Below, piece by piece: positions 37,339 to 48,450 of a stretch of 64,000 nt of DNA. Source of the DNA: a virus. The stretch's first letter is position 1. Each line of letters starts with the position of its first letter. Both the position numbers and the translations under genes were made by a program. The notes under the pieces were generated by a model, which saw only the letters and a list, made by a program, of their open reading frames with translations, was not told the origin of the DNA and did no database searches. The stretch lies in the IMG/VR virus record IMGVR_UViG_3300045988_164636, positions 62,875 to 126,874 of that record. One strand, 5' to 3'.

Positions 37339-40300
37339 TTATCTTGTCTGTTTATTAGCATACTGTGATGCCATATTAACTAAATTATCAAAAGCTTCCT
37401 CAATCTGACGAGCATCTCGTACATTAGGGAAATTAGCTTCAATTTGAACATTCTGATCTAAATTATTATTTGTTAAACCTTCCTTGGCGATAATAGGTGC
37501 AGTTAAATTTGAAATCATCTGTTTCTTAACTGCTAACGCATTTAAATCTAATGAAGTTATAATACTTTGCATTGTTCTTACAGAGTTAACTGCGGCAAGT
37601 ATATTCTTCGTATCTTTTGCATTAAGTACAAGTTCTTTTTCATGAAGCATAGCCATGCGACCTTCTTTTGAGTTCCAGTTACCTGTATATCCACCTGTAT
37701 CAAATCTATCAAAAGCACTTGCCCCAACATATCCAGTTAAATATCCATCACCTTTTTTATACCAAATTTGATAGTAAGTTTTATTATCTGCTGTAATAGC
37801 ATTAGGATTATATAAAACTTTTGATCCTGAAGGAACTTCTAATTGAGTGAGATCATTAGAATAGGGCGTTTTCCAAACTGTTGCTTTATTTCTTTTTCCA
37901 GATCTAGTTTTTTCTCTTAAATGTAACCTATCTATAATATTTCCTTCAATATCATATAAATTATAATAGTCTTCTTGGTTTTTATATCCAGTATATTTTT
38001 TATCTAAATCTAAATAAGTAACTCCTCTCATTGCCGCCCTTAGAATTTCATCATTATCTTGTTTATTACTCCATTGCGTACCTGAAGAATTTAATTGCGA
38101 ACCATAAGTATACATTGAAGTTTGAAAACTTACTGCATTTTTAGGTAAGTTATCTTTAGCAGAAGTATTAGAACTTGAAGTAATTCCACCCTTTCCTAAC
38201 TTGCTGTAATCAATCTTGCCTAAAGCAGTTGTAATTCTTCCTATCTGAGCAATAATATTATCTACCGCAGTTGTAAATCCAGAAGTATCCAAATCTACTC
38301 CGTAAGTCTTACCAAATAATTTATTGGCTTCTGTTAAAACATTTGTAATAGAAGTTTTCATATTATTGAACTTATTCTTAACACTATCTAAACTATCTAA
38401 TAAATTTTTACCAATGCCTAATTTTTCTTTATATTGAGTAATTAATTCTTTTTGTTTATTAACTAAATTTTTTGTTTTATTATAAGCAGTTCCTACATTA
38501 GTAATATAATTACTAAAACTTTCACCAGAGGCAGTTTCAATAGCATTAAGATTTGATTGGAATTTGGCTGATTCTCTATTTACTTCATCAAACATTTTAT
38601 TTAATGCAGATTCAGTGCGGCCGGCAGCACCCGCAACCGCAGGTAAGTCAGTGTTCGCAATCGGAGGTAATATTTCTTGTTCTTTAACTCCAATATTAGA
38701 TAAAGCATCTTTAAATGACTTTTCTAATTTACCTGAACCTTCACTACCTGTTAGATAATCAACTAATAATTTAGTTGAAATCTTAGCTTGTTGTTGAGTT
38801 TCCGCAAGAGAAATTAAAGAAGATTGATTTAAATTATTTAAAGAAACTGTAACATCATTATTTAAACCATTTAATATATCTTTATATTTTTCTTGAATTT
38901 GTTTAGTTCTTTCTTCAAGTGCTTCTCCCGTATATTTTTGTGTAGCTTCATTTAATTCTTCTTGCATCGAAGTCCAAACATTATACCATTCTTGAGTTGT
39001 ATTTTTTAATCTATCTTTATCAAGAGTATATAAATCATGAATTACCGCATCTAATTTTTCTTTTGCATCATCTACTGCGGAAGTATCTGCTACATACTGA
39101 TAAGAATAATTACCTTGACTATCTCTTCTTAATCTCATCTGAGATTTATTATTTTGAGCATCTTCAAGAGCAATTTGAGCTTGAAGTATTTCTAATTTCT
39201 TATTAGAACGATCAATGTCATATTGACTTAACTGATCTTTCTTTTCAAGATAATCAAGTTCTTTTTTCTGGAAATCTAATAATCTCTGTCTTGTAGAAGC
39301 AGAAGTCGTATTACTTAACTGTTTATTTATTGAAGAATTTAATTTTGAAATTTCATAACTCTTATCAACATTATCTAAATATCTTTCAGATTGTTCTAGC
39401 ACATAATCCCATTCATATTTTAAGTTATCTAATCCTTTTCCATCACTAATTTGATTATTAACTTCTTGGAAGATACTTTGAATAGCATTATTATATCCTT
39501 CTTTAAGATTTGTTATACTTTGTTCAATTTCTGAATTTAGAGTGCTTACAGCTTCTTGCCAATTATCTTTTGCTTTTAACCAAGCTTCAGAACCTTTTTC
39601 TTCCTTAGCTATAACAGAAGCCCAATAATTAACAGATTCTTTTGCGGCATTTAATGATTCAAGATTATTTTTACGTTGTAATTCATAATACATTTCAAAG
39701 TCTTTATAACTTTCTTCGCCATAAACAAGAGATATAACATTCTTTCTTGATGTTAATAATTCATCAATCTTATTATAAAGATTTTTTTCTTCATTCATTG
39801 CCTCTGATGTTAAATCTATCATACTTAAATAAGTATCTAATGCTTCATCAAAAGCCTGTTTAACTTCGGTCGTGCCATCCTCTAAATTCTTTGTTGCAGT
39901 TTTTAATTCTTCATATGCAGCGGCAAGATTATCTCCAAATATACTTGATTCTTGTCCCTTTTCTATTTTTTGGATTTCCGCCATTATATCTTGAACGTGT
40001 TGAGATTGTTCGCCTAATAAATTTAAAGTATCTGGATTAGTTAAATAATTTGCTTGGATTTGTAAATTACCTGTATAATCTTTATCATTAAGTAATTCCT
40101 TCTGGAAGTCCGCAAATTCTTTTCTTAATTCTTTTAAATCTACATGGAGTTCTAATTGATAATTAAATTTCTTAATATTATTTTCAATCTTTTGATTTAA
40201 GCTATCAGTAATATCTTCTTCAAGTTGCGGCATTTCATCATTATAAAGAGTGTCATATCTATCAAGCCATTCTTTCATCTTATTATATTGCTTTTCATAC

Positions 40301-43300
40301 TGCTCAGCCATATCCTCGTCGCCAGACATCTGAGCTTCCCGCATTAAATCAATATTAGCTTGTAAAGCAGTTTCATAGTTAGCCATTGAACCATCTTCAT
40401 TAAATAAGAATCCTTTAGTAGCTAACTTACCTCTTAATTCTTCAGATTCCGCTAATTGAATATCTTTCTTTTGTCTCAACTTCTCAATTTGAGTATCAAG
40501 CAATTTATTTTGACTTGCTAAGCTATTAATATAATCTTGACCGATAGATTTTTCTTGCTCATTATTGATTTTATTCATGATATGTTCAATTTGTGTTAAT
40601 TGATTATTAATATCATGATACCTATCAACGACATCATCAAGCAAATCTAATTGATCTATTATATTTTCATTAATTGCGGCAAGTGAAGCATTTATACCAC
40701 TTTCAATTGTAACTTTTTGAGCTTTTAGTTGTTCAGTTTCTGATTTTAATAAATTAATTTGTTGAAGATTTAATTGATAAGATTTTAAAGCTTGTTCATA
40801 AGCCGCCTTAGTTGTTTCATCTTTAGTAATATCTTCCATCTTTACAGAAGAATTAATGCCTTCAAGAAATTCTTTTGTAACAGAAGACATATCTGGAATA
40901 ACAGTATCCGCAAATTCTTTAGCTACCTGAGAAGCATCTTCTCCTCTTGCAGCCGCTGATACTACTGCTGATAATTTAATGAATTTTTCTGTTAAAGCAT
41001 CAACACCTGTACCTACGTCACCTAAATTATCAAGAGCAATATTGGTTGAATCAACACCCAATTCATTAAGTTTATCCTGAAGTTCGCCTTCTTGTCTTTT
41101 AGCTGTAGCAGTAAATTCATTTTTATATTCTTCAGCTTTCATGTCGCCTTGTAAGAACTTTAATGTTAGAGCATTCTGCTCTTCCATCATTTTGATTTTC
41201 ATTTCATTAAGTTCTATTTGCGCATCCAGTTCTTTTATCTGAGCTTCAGCTTTAGCTTTTTGTTCAGCGTGAATTGCCCCAACTGTGGCTTGGAGTTGAT
41301 CTTGACTAAGTTTTATTGAACCATCTGATAAAACCTCATAATCTTTTAAGAGCTGTGGAAATTTAGAGGCAAATTCTTCAACTTTATCTGCGGCAATTAC
41401 GAAGCCATCGCCCATAGATTCGCCCATCTGAGCAATAATATCAAACTTAGTAATGATTTCGTCAGATTTTTCACTGATTAAATCAAATACTGTAGTTTGT
41501 ATTTCTTTACCTGATAAAGCATTATCTACTGCATCTATACCTTTACGCATTGCTTCAACTTGTTGTCTTAGTGCTTTTAATTTGGCAACTTTTTCTTCTC
41601 CACCAAATAATTTTGTGATAATATCTTCTTGAGTAATACCTTCTTTTAATTTGCCCTCTTTATCGTAAAAATCAGATACAGATACTCCGAAATCATTCAT
41701 TGCTTGTTGAATTTCTTTTACATATTCTGGCATAAATTTTAAATCAGAAGGATTAACATTCATTACTTTATATAAATCTTCTGTGCTTTTATCGGCAACA
41801 TTCTCATAAATTGAAAGATTACTATCTTTATAAATATCATTGATTCGTCCTTGGTAAGAAGTTTTTAATTCATCTTTTTCCGCACCAGACATTTGGAAAA
41901 CTTTTAAATAATCAGAATTTTTTTCAATTTGCTTAGTACCAATATCTTCAAGAATATCCGCTTGTCCTAAAAGACTTCTTTTTTCAATTCCGTCTAATAA
42001 TTTAGTATATTCAGTTAATTTTTCGTTTGCATCCGCAATTTTTTCTGAACCTAAATCCCCACGAACTTCCATAGTAATAGTGGTATCTTCAGTAGATAAT
42101 TGACCTTTAACAGCTTTTAAAATAAGTTTTATTTCTTCAACGGTTTCATCCCCAGATAAACCTACTGTTATTAATTGACCTAATTCTTCTGCTGATAATC
42201 CCTTTATAAAATCTTGAACTTTTGTGTTATCTGTGCCGAAATCAGCAAGGAGTCTTTGTTGAGCTGAATATAATTGAGAAAATTCTGTACCTAATTCATC
42301 AACATATTTTAAGAAGTCCTCATCTTTAACATCCGACATACTCTTGCGGATTTCTTCAACTTTTTGTTCATATTCACTAAAAGTAGTTGCAGAATCTAAA
42401 TCTCTTTCATAAGCACTACGTTCAAAAGTTGCTTGTTGTGCTACTTGAACTGTTTCTTGGTATGATTCTAAATCATTTTTTTCAAGAAAATTTTTTATCC
42501 ATTTAAACCAACCCGTACCACGAATAACAGTACTTTCCTCATTTTCAATTAAATTTTTTAGTTCTTTAATATCTGATTCAGAAGTAATATCATATTGTTT
42601 ATTCGCTGCTGAAAAGGTAGGTGATTCAACATAGTTATCAAAGCTATCTACAGTAGTTAATATAATCTTATTTCCTTCTAAATATGTTTTTCTATATAAG
42701 TTAGTATCAAGTGCTTCTCTAGATGCTTCTTGAGATAAAGATAAATTATCTTGCGCAGCTTCTAAACTTTCTTTAGTTTTTGTTTCTTTTTCTCTTGCAT
42801 CTTCTAAGCGTTTCTTCTTAATAGCGACGGCTAATGCTTCATAATTGCCTGTCATTTTAAGAAGTCTGCCATTTTCAATATCATAAGCATCAATTAATTC
42901 ATCTGTAGAATTTAATAGTTCTTGCTTACTAGCATTTCCAAGTTTATAATTTTTTTCTAATGCAGAATAAGAATTATATAATTTTGTATTAGTATCTATT
43001 TCTTGTAAACGAGCATTATTTTCTTCAATTATAGCCTTATTAGTTTCAATTCTTGCTTTTCTCTCATTCTCTTGCCATTGAATTACAGCCTGAATACCGC
43101 CCACAACTAATCCAATTGCCGCAGATATTAATCCAATAACCCCAAGAGAAGCTTGAAGTCCAGTTGCCGCAACTTTAATAGCATTAATATTAGAAAGAAT
43201 TGAAGGTAAAGCAACACCCAACGTACTACCAATATTAGTAATAGTTTGTAAAACTTTTTCACCATCAGAAATATCATTATTTTGCCAAATATTAGGTAAT

Positions 43301-46110
43301 GCTTGAATATTATTAGCAACAGAAGCTATCATTGTTAAATCAGAAGCAAGTTTTACCCAAGCTTGCGTATTAACAAGTCTTCTCTGGTCATCAGTTAATT
43401 CTTTAACAACTTTTTCATATGCTGAAACTTTATTTTCTGCATCAGTTGCAGCTTCACCTGATTGACGAATAGCCTCATTACTCTGTCTTGTTGTTTGAGT
43501 AAGATGTTGTATATCTTCCATTGTTTCTTCAACATCTACTTGACCCTGACCTTTTTCTCTCTGTTTTTGTGCCTGTTCCGCAACAAACGCTTTTTGCTCT
43601 TCTTCCATAGGAGTATAATTTTGAGCCTCTTTTTGAGCTTTTGCAAATTTTTCAGTTTCAATTATAGCTTTTTGTATTGCCTGTGTAAACTTTTTTATTT
43701 GTTCTTCAGACATTCCCATTTCTTTACCATATGCTTTTAGAGCTTTTTGGGAATTTTGTGTTAATTGATCTTCATACCCTTTCTTTGAACTAAGTTTTAT
43801 TCCTCTTTCTGAAATAAGAGATTCTAACTGTTTAGTTTTATCAGGAGTAGATTTATCCCAACCAAGGGCTTTATATACCTGTTGATAAGCATTAGCTTTT
43901 TCTGCACCAGAAGGAGCTGGACCCTTTTGACTCTGAGCGTTAGTTAATATATTCCGATCTGTACCTATTTGACTTTCTATTGCTTCAAGTTTTTTCTTTG
44001 CATCATTATATTGCTCATCACTAATAACATCTACATTATGAGATAGTTCTAATTGTTGAGCAACTTCCTTTACTTTATCTTGTGTTGTTTGCAAATCCTG
44101 AATTTTTTCTTCAATAGTTTGATTACCTTTTAATTCTAAGTTTACATTCTCTTTTATTAAACTATTTAAATCTTTATAAGCAGCTTTTAAATCACTAGCT
44201 ATTTCTTTTCTTTTATCTAAAATATTTTGAGAAGCTGTATCACTAAAACCAGAATCTCCACCTTGGAAATCTATACCTAACTCAGTGCCATACTTCTGCA
44301 TTTTTTCAGTAGTCTGAGTTTTTCTTAATTTTGCGGCATCTACTTCTGCTTGAGCTTTTGCCCTTCCGGCTTCTGCTTCTATCCACTGTTGTTTCGTTTC
44401 ATTATTTGCGGTGTTCATAATAGGAGCATTTTTAGTAACACTTGCTTCAAGAGAACTAATAGCAGTTGTATCTTTAATACCTAATCCAGATAATAATTTT
44501 ATATTATTTAAAGTTGCGGCGGTCATTTCCGCATTTAAACGTAAATTTCTAAAATTATTAATAAAAGGCATTAAATTTTCAGCAATTTGTTTATTAAAAA
44601 CTCTTGTAAAAATAGTACCTAACTCTAATAAAAGCCCTTTTCCGCCACCAATAGAATCAGTAATTTCACTCAAAATATTTAATAATTCAGATAATGCATC
44701 CGAAAAATCACTAATACTTGAAGCATCTAATAATAAAGCTTGGAATTTTTCTTGAGCGGCAGTTAATTTATTTAAATGTGCTTCAGTAGATTCTAAGTAA
44801 GTTTCATTTTGTTTATTTAATGTACCAGCTGCATCTGCAGAAGTTTTAAGAGCATCTGTATACATATTCCAGTTATCAAATAATGCTAATAAGTTATTAT
44901 ATTGACGAGCACCTGCCATTGTTTGAGCAAGAGCAACCTGTTGTTCTCTACTAAGATTATTCCAATTATTACCTATCTCAGTAATTACATCCCCTTGGTC
45001 TCTTAATTTTTGATTTGCATCTAAAACATTAAAACCAAGTTCTTTCATCTTAGATGTATATTGACCAAGAGTAACTTCTCCTTCTCCGGCTTCAATATCA
45101 CCTATACGAGCAAAGATAGTTTTATAAGCTGTGCCAATTGATTCAGGAGCTTGTCTTGTAACAGAAATAGTAGTAGCAAGTATTGCATTTAATTGATCAA
45201 TAGGCACACCCATAAGTGAAGCGGCAGATGCAACTTTAGACATACCTGTTGATAATTCTTCGAGGTCTGATGCTGTTGTTGCGGCAACTGCAGCTAATTT
45301 ATCTACATATAATTCAGCTTCTTCCGCAGAAACTTTATAACCATTCCAAACTGCTGTTAATTGTTCTGAAACTTCTTCACCTGTCTGACCAGTTACGTTT
45401 GCTGCCTTTAAAGTGGTTTCCGAACGAGCTTGAACTTCGGCGTCAGACAACCCTTGTTGATAATAGATTAAGCTAGCATCGGTGTACGACCGAGTAGTCT
45501 GACCCAATTTAGAAGCAGCTCGGTTAGATTCTCTAGCAAATCTTGCCATTTCATCTGCACTTTTACCAGTAACTATACGAATATCATTTAATGATGTATC
45601 TAAGTCTTTAATATAACCAAAAGACCCCTTAATAGATCCAACCATTTCATTCATCAAACGAGAAGCAATACCCCATCTAATAGTAGATGTTATAGTATGT
45701 CCAATATCTTCTAAAAAATCATTAGTTTGTTTAAGTTTATAATTGGCTGTGGTAGCTTGTTCTATCATTTTATTAAAAACGTTTTCTTGACCAACTTTGG
45801 CAAGAGTATTGAATAAATTTTGAGATCTTATTCCCGCTTTATTTAACTCTTTATCTAAAGTTTGAATATTTAAAACGCCTAATTTACTATCAAAACTTTT
45901 TGTATAAGCCACTTCTATTTGAGCGACTTGAGCTTTTAAAGTTTCTAATTCACGTTCCGCCTGTTGTAAACTATTAGTTGTTGAAAAGCGAATCATATAA
46001 TCTTGTGCAGTTAAATTCTGAATTTCTTTTAATCCACTTCGTACAGAATTTAATCCACTTAAATCGGCTTTAAACCCGACGGTATAATCTATTCTTCCGC
46101 CATTTGCCAT
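37339..46110 (-). CDS. tape measure protein (2923 aa from ATG 46110)
   Basis: Very long helical ORF after the tail chaperone. Central hydrophobic segment (GLQASLGVIGLISAAIGLVVGG), C-terminal ..GRMAMLHEKELVLNAKDT.. block and an SH3-like segment. RBS aaggaggaaaaagga precedes MANGGRIDY. Confidence 0.85.
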   Translation of the reverse strand: MANGGRIDYTVGFKADLSGLNSVRSGLKEIQNLTAQDYMIRFSTTNSLQQAERELETLKAQVAQIEVAYTKSFDSKLGVLNIQTLDKELNKAGIRSQNLFNTLAKVGQENVFNKMIEQATTANYKLKQTNDFLEDIGHTITSTIRWGIASRLMNEMVGSIKGSFGYIKDLDTSLNDIRIVTGKSADEMARFARESNRAASKLGQTTRSYTDASLIYYQQGLSDAEVQARSETTLKAANVTGQTGEEVSEQLTAVWNGYKVSAEEAELYVDKLAAVAATTASDLEELSTGMSKVASAASLMGVPIDQLNAILATTISVTRQAPESIGTAYKTIFARIGDIEAGEGEVTLGQYTSKMKELGFNVLDANQKLRDQGDVITEIGNNWNNLSREQQVALAQTMAGARQYNNLLALFDNWNMYTDALKTSADAAGTLNKQNETYLESTEAHLNKLTAAQEKFQALLLDASSISDFSDALSELLNILSEITDSIGGGKGLLLELGTIFTRVFNKQIAENLMPFINNFRNLRLNAEMTAATLNNIKLLSGLGIKDTTAISSLEASVTKNAPIMNTANNETKQQWIEAEAGRAKAQAEVDAAKLRKTQTTEKMQKYGTELGIDFQGGDSGFSDTASQNILDKRKEIASDLKAAYKDLNSLIKENVNLELKGNQTIEEKIQDLQTTQDKVKEVAQQLELSHNVDVISDEQYNDAKKKLEAIESQIGTDRNILTNAQSQKGPAPSGAEKANAYQQVYKALGWDKSTPDKTKQLESLISERGIKLSSKKGYEDQLTQNSQKALKAYGKEMGMSEEQIKKFTQAIQKAIIETEKFAKAQKEAQNYTPMEEEQKAFVAEQAQKQREKGQGQVDVEETMEDIQHLTQTTRQSNEAIRQSGEAATDAENKVSAYEKVVKELTDDQRRLVNTQAWVKLASDLTMIASVANNIQALPNIWQNNDISDGEKVLQTITNIGSTLGVALPSILSNINAIKVAATGLQASLGVIGLISAAIGLVVGGIQAVIQWQENERKARIETNKAIIEENNARLQEIDTNTKLYNSYSALEKNYKLGNASKQELLNSTDELIDAYDIENGRLLKMTGNYEALAVAIKKKRLEDAREKETKTKESLEAAQDNLSLSQEASREALDTNLYRKTYLEGNKIILTTVDSFDNYVESPTFSAANKQYDITSESDIKELKNLIENEESTVIRGTGWFKWIKNFLEKNDLESYQETVQVAQQATFERSAYERDLDSATTFSEYEQKVEEIRKSMSDVKDEDFLKYVDELGTEFSQLYSAQQRLLADFGTDNTKVQDFIKGLSAEELGQLITVGLSGDETVEEIKLILKAVKGQLSTEDTTITMEVRGDLGSEKIADANEKLTEYTKLLDGIEKRSLLGQADILEDIGTKQIEKNSDYLKVFQMSGAEKDELKTSYQGRINDIYKDSNLSIYENVADKSTEDLYKVMNVNPSDLKFMPEYVKEIQQAMNDFGVSVSDFYDKEGKLKEGITQEDIITKLFGGEEKVAKLKALRQQVEAMRKGIDAVDNALSGKEIQTTVFDLISEKSDEIITKFDIIAQMGESMGDGFVIAADKVEEFASKFPQLLKDYEVLSDGSIKLSQDQLQATVGAIHAEQKAKAEAQIKELDAQIELNEMKIKMMEEQNALTLKFLQGDMKAEEYKNEFTATAKRQEGELQDKLNELGVDSTNIALDNLGDVGTGVDALTEKFIKLSAVVSAAARGEDASQVAKEFADTVIPDMSSVTKEFLEGINSSVKMEDITKDETTKAAYEQALKSYQLNLQQINLLKSETEQLKAQKVTIESGINASLAAINENIIDQLDLLDDVVDRYHDINNQLTQIEHIMNKINNEQEKSIGQDYINSLASQNKLLDTQIEKLRQKKDIQLAESEELRGKLATKGFLFNEDGSMANYETALQANIDLMREAQMSGDEDMAEQYEKQYNKMKEWLDRYDTLYNDEMPQLEEDITDSLNQKIENNIKKFNYQLELHVDLKELRKEFADFQKELLNDKDYTGNLQIQANYLTNPDTLNLLGEQSQHVQDIMAEIQKIEKGQESSIFGDNLAAAYEELKTATKNLEDGTTEVKQAFDEALDTYLSMIDLTSEAMNEEKNLYNKIDELLTSRKNVISLVYGEESYKDFEMYYELQRKNNLESLNAAKESVNYWASVIAKEEKGSEAWLKAKDNWQEAVSTLNSEIEQSITNLKEGYNNAIQSIFQEVNNQISDGKGLDNLKYEWDYVLEQSERYLDNVDKSYEISKLNSSINKQLSNTTSASTRQRLLDFQKKELDYLEKKDQLSQYDIDRSNKKLEILQAQIALEDAQNNKSQMRLRRDSQGNYSYQYVADTSAVDDAKEKLDAVIHDLYTLDKDRLKNTTQEWYNVWTSMQEELNEATQKYTGEALEERTKQIQEKYKDILNGLNNDVTVSLNNLNQSSLISLAETQQQAKISTKLLVDYLTGSEGSGKLEKSFKDALSNIGVKEQEILPPIANTDLPAVAGAAGRTESALNKMFDEVNRESAKFQSNLNAIETASGESFSNYITNVGTAYNKTKNLVNKQKELITQYKEKLGIGKNLLDSLDSVKNKFNNMKTSITNVLTEANKLFGKTYGVDLDTSGFTTAVDNIIAQIGRITTALGKIDYSKLGKGGITSSSNTSAKDNLPKNAVSFQTSMYTYGSQLNSSGTQWSNKQDNDEILRAAMRGVTYLDLDKKYTGYKNQEDYYNLYDIEGNIIDRLHLREKTRSGKRNKATVWKTPYSNDLTQLEVPSGSKVLYNPNAITADNKTYYQIWYKKGDGYLTGYVGASAFDRFDTGGYTGNWNSKEGRMAMLHEKELVLNAKDTKNILAAVNSVRTMQSIITSLDLNALAVKKQMISNLTAPIIAKEGLTNNNLDQNVQIEANFPNVRDARQIEEAFDNLVNMASQYANKQTR

Positions 46111-46203
46111 ATCCTTTTTCCTCCTTGTCTTTATATACAAAAATAAAGCCTCTACTACCATATAATGATAATAAAGGCTTTATAATTAAACTATTCTGTC
46201 CAA

Positions 46204-46725
46204 TTACTGTATATCTCTTCCGCCATTAAGAGCTTTCGCAAAATTCATAGCTTCCGCATACTTACTCTTATCAAAATTATTAATCATATCAACTGCGGCA
46301 GACATTTTTTCTGGGAGGTCTGTAACTAATTTACCAATCTTGGTCACAAAAGATTCTTCATTACGTTCTCTTATCTTCTTCATTTCTTCCATCTGAGAAA
46401 GTAAATAATTATATTCTTCTTCTGGAATTGCGGCTAATATTTTTCCTAATAACCCAGTTTCCTTTGCCGCATCAAAGGCTTCACTTAAATCTTCTTCGTC
46501 CATTTCAATATCTGTATAATGTAATAAAACTTCCATATTAAAAAAGCAATCTAATTTTATGGGGTTGTACCAGCCATCTTCTTCATAACTTAAGGCAAGA
46601 ACATCTTCAATAAGAGTACCTTTTTCTATTGTAGAAAGATTCTGATAAACTGTAATTTTAGCTCCATTAAAATTAATCTCTACTGATTTAATGGGATTCT
46701 TTAAATTTAATTCTGAAAACTTCAT
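46204..46725 (-). CDS. tail assembly chaperone-like protein
   Basis: 173-aa acidic protein immediately upstream of the tape measure. Confidence 0.5.
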   Translation of the reverse strand: MKFSELNLKNPIKSVEINFNGAKITVYQNLSTIEKGTLIEDVLALSYEEDGWYNPIKLDCFFNMEVLLHYTDIEMDEEDLSEAFDAAKETGLLGKILAAIPEEEYNYLLSQMEEMKKIRERNEESFVTKIGKLVTDLPEKMSAAVDMINNFDKSKYAEAMNFAKALNGGRDIQ

Positions 46726-46755
46726 CTTAATATCTCCTTTTATCTCTTTTTATTT

Positions 46756-46784
46756 ATTATATCAAAATTTTTATACTTTGTCAA
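46756..46784 (-). promoter_or_regulatory. sigma70-type promoter (TTGACA-17-TATAAT) with conserved aaaaattttgatata block
   Basis: On the minus strand: ttgaca (46784-46779), 17-nt spacer, tataat (46761-46756). The -35 overlaps the stop of the upstream gene. Confidence 0.65.
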
Positions 46785-48433
46785 AAAACAACTGCTTGCC
46801 TTTTTAAACCTACGGAAATTTTTTCTGCTCTTAATTTTGTTAAAAGCTTAGTTATTCTTATAAAAGATTCTGGTCTATTGTCCGTGCTGCCTTCATATTT
46901 TTGTTTAAAAGCTTTTTTCCAAGAAATCTCATCAGGTTTTAAGTAAAAAAGATCTAAATCATCTAATAAATCGCCAATACTATATACTTTTTTCTTAGAT
47001 GGAGTATTTGAATTTTCTATAACTAAAAATTCGGCTTTTTTATTATTATTTAATAACATTCGTCCACCTAACTCTCCAGTTAATGCCGCATAGATAATTT
47101 GTTTCTTTAATGTGGATAATGCAATATTACTGCTGCCAGTATCTATTTTTGGTCTATTTGTTAAAGCATTAATGATTTCTGTACCCATATTTTCTTGTGT
47201 TTTAACAATTTGAATTGCACCTAAATACGCTAATAAAGAAGTTGATTTGCTGAAAGAAATAAATGGAAAATCATAACCGAAACGTTTGTAAGATATGGGT
47301 ATTTTTTGTTTATTGTTTTTAATTTTTAATTCTAAAAAAAAGTCGATTTTATTCTTTGCTTCTGCTGCCCCAAAATCATATTGATATTGGTCATTGACTT
47401 TAATACTTTTTTTAATATGTTTCTTTTTTAAACTATTTTTATTTAACTCGGCAAATTTTTGAGAAAGTACCATTTTTGGACTATCTAAAAAAGTTCCTAC
47501 AGTTTCACCTCCGACGACCATTTTAGTTAAAAATTTATTCAGAGTTTCTGCCGTCAATTTTTTTATATCTTTCACAATTAAAGAACCAACTATTTCTGAT
47601 ATTGCGGCATTTATATTTCTTACAATAGCCGCTTCGGTTGCTGCAGCAATTAAATTAATTTCTTCTACAATATTTTTAACCGTAGATAAAGTATTATCAA
47701 CATTAGTAAAATTTTCTTCTAAAGCTATTTTCTCTATGTTCCTTTTTTTTATTTTATCCAACTTTACCATCTCTGCATATACTTTTTTATGATTATCTGT
47801 TAATATTCCTATATTTTTAATTAGAGAAGAAGTTTTTTTATTTAACTCCTGTTTTATATCTTCTTCTTTAATCGTTTGAATTGCATTTTTTAATTCTTCC
47901 GCCCTTCTAATCAAAGTTGATAAATAAACATGAGTATATTCAGTAAAGGTATCTTTTTTTTGAGCTTGTTGACTATTTTGAGCTATTTTATTTTTCATCT
48001 TTGATTGTATTTTTGTAGTTTTAATTTTTGTAAATATATCAGTATCTTTAGCTACAATTGTTTGAGTATCTGTATCAAAAGAAAGCATAGCTTCAAGGTC
48101 ATTTATTGAAATAGCTTTTTCTCCAATATTTTTTCTAATAGAATTAATAAACACTTTCTTAATTTCATCACTTTCTTGAACCTTGTTCCATAATTCCATA
48201 TGAATTTTATTTTTATTCATTTCATTAAAAACTTCTTGAATTTGTTTTGTTTTACTTTGATTTTTATCTTTTAATCGTTTTATTCTACTATTTATATAAT
48301 TTTGATAAAGTCTTATTGTCTTCTGGGTTTTTTTCTCTTCAACTATTCGTTTATCTTTCTTTTTTCCTGCTAATTGTTCAGAACTATGATAATAAACATA
48401 ATAACCCAAAGCCCCTTGATACCAATCTGCCAA
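46781..48433 (-). CDS. hypothetical K-rich 550-aa protein
   Basis: TTG start after RBS gggagg. Lies between the major-tail-protein terminator and promoter 46756-46784. No motif recognised. Confidence 0.5.
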   Translation of the reverse strand: MADWYQGALGYYVYYHSSEQLAGKKKDKRIVEEKKTQKTIRLYQNYINSRIKRLKDKNQSKTKQIQEVFNEMNKNKIHMELWNKVQESDEIKKVFINSIRKNIGEKAISINDLEAMLSFDTDTQTIVAKDTDIFTKIKTTKIQSKMKNKIAQNSQQAQKKDTFTEYTHVYLSTLIRRAEELKNAIQTIKEEDIKQELNKKTSSLIKNIGILTDNHKKVYAEMVKLDKIKKRNIEKIALEENFTNVDNTLSTVKNIVEEINLIAAATEAAIVRNINAAISEIVGSLIVKDIKKLTAETLNKFLTKMVVGGETVGTFLDSPKMVLSQKFAELNKNSLKKKHIKKSIKVNDQYQYDFGAAEAKNKIDFFLELKIKNNKQKIPISYKRFGYDFPFISFSKSTSLLAYLGAIQIVKTQENMGTEIINALTNRPKIDTGSSNIALSTLKKQIIYAALTGELGGRMLLNNNKKAEFLVIENSNTPSKKKVYSIGDLLDDLDLFYLKPDEISWKKAFKQKYEGSTDNRPESFIRITKLLTKLRAEKISVGLKRQAVVF

Positions 48434-48450
48434 TTAATCTACCTCCCGCA

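Noticed and set aside
38564-45476. Several 60-115-aa plus-strand ORFs inside the tape-measure gene (38564..38758, 38997..39206, 43462..43740, 44411..44755, 45249..45476), and the same-strand alternative-frame ORF 43128..43319
   Set aside because: They are antisense or alternative frames of a continuous 2923-codon gene. They have no RBS and low-complexity translations.
46111-46203. Programmed -1 frameshift extension of the tail chaperone
   Set aside because: Only 93 nt separate the chaperone stop from the tape-measure start. There is no overlapping downstream ORF, and I saw no slippery heptamer near the stop.
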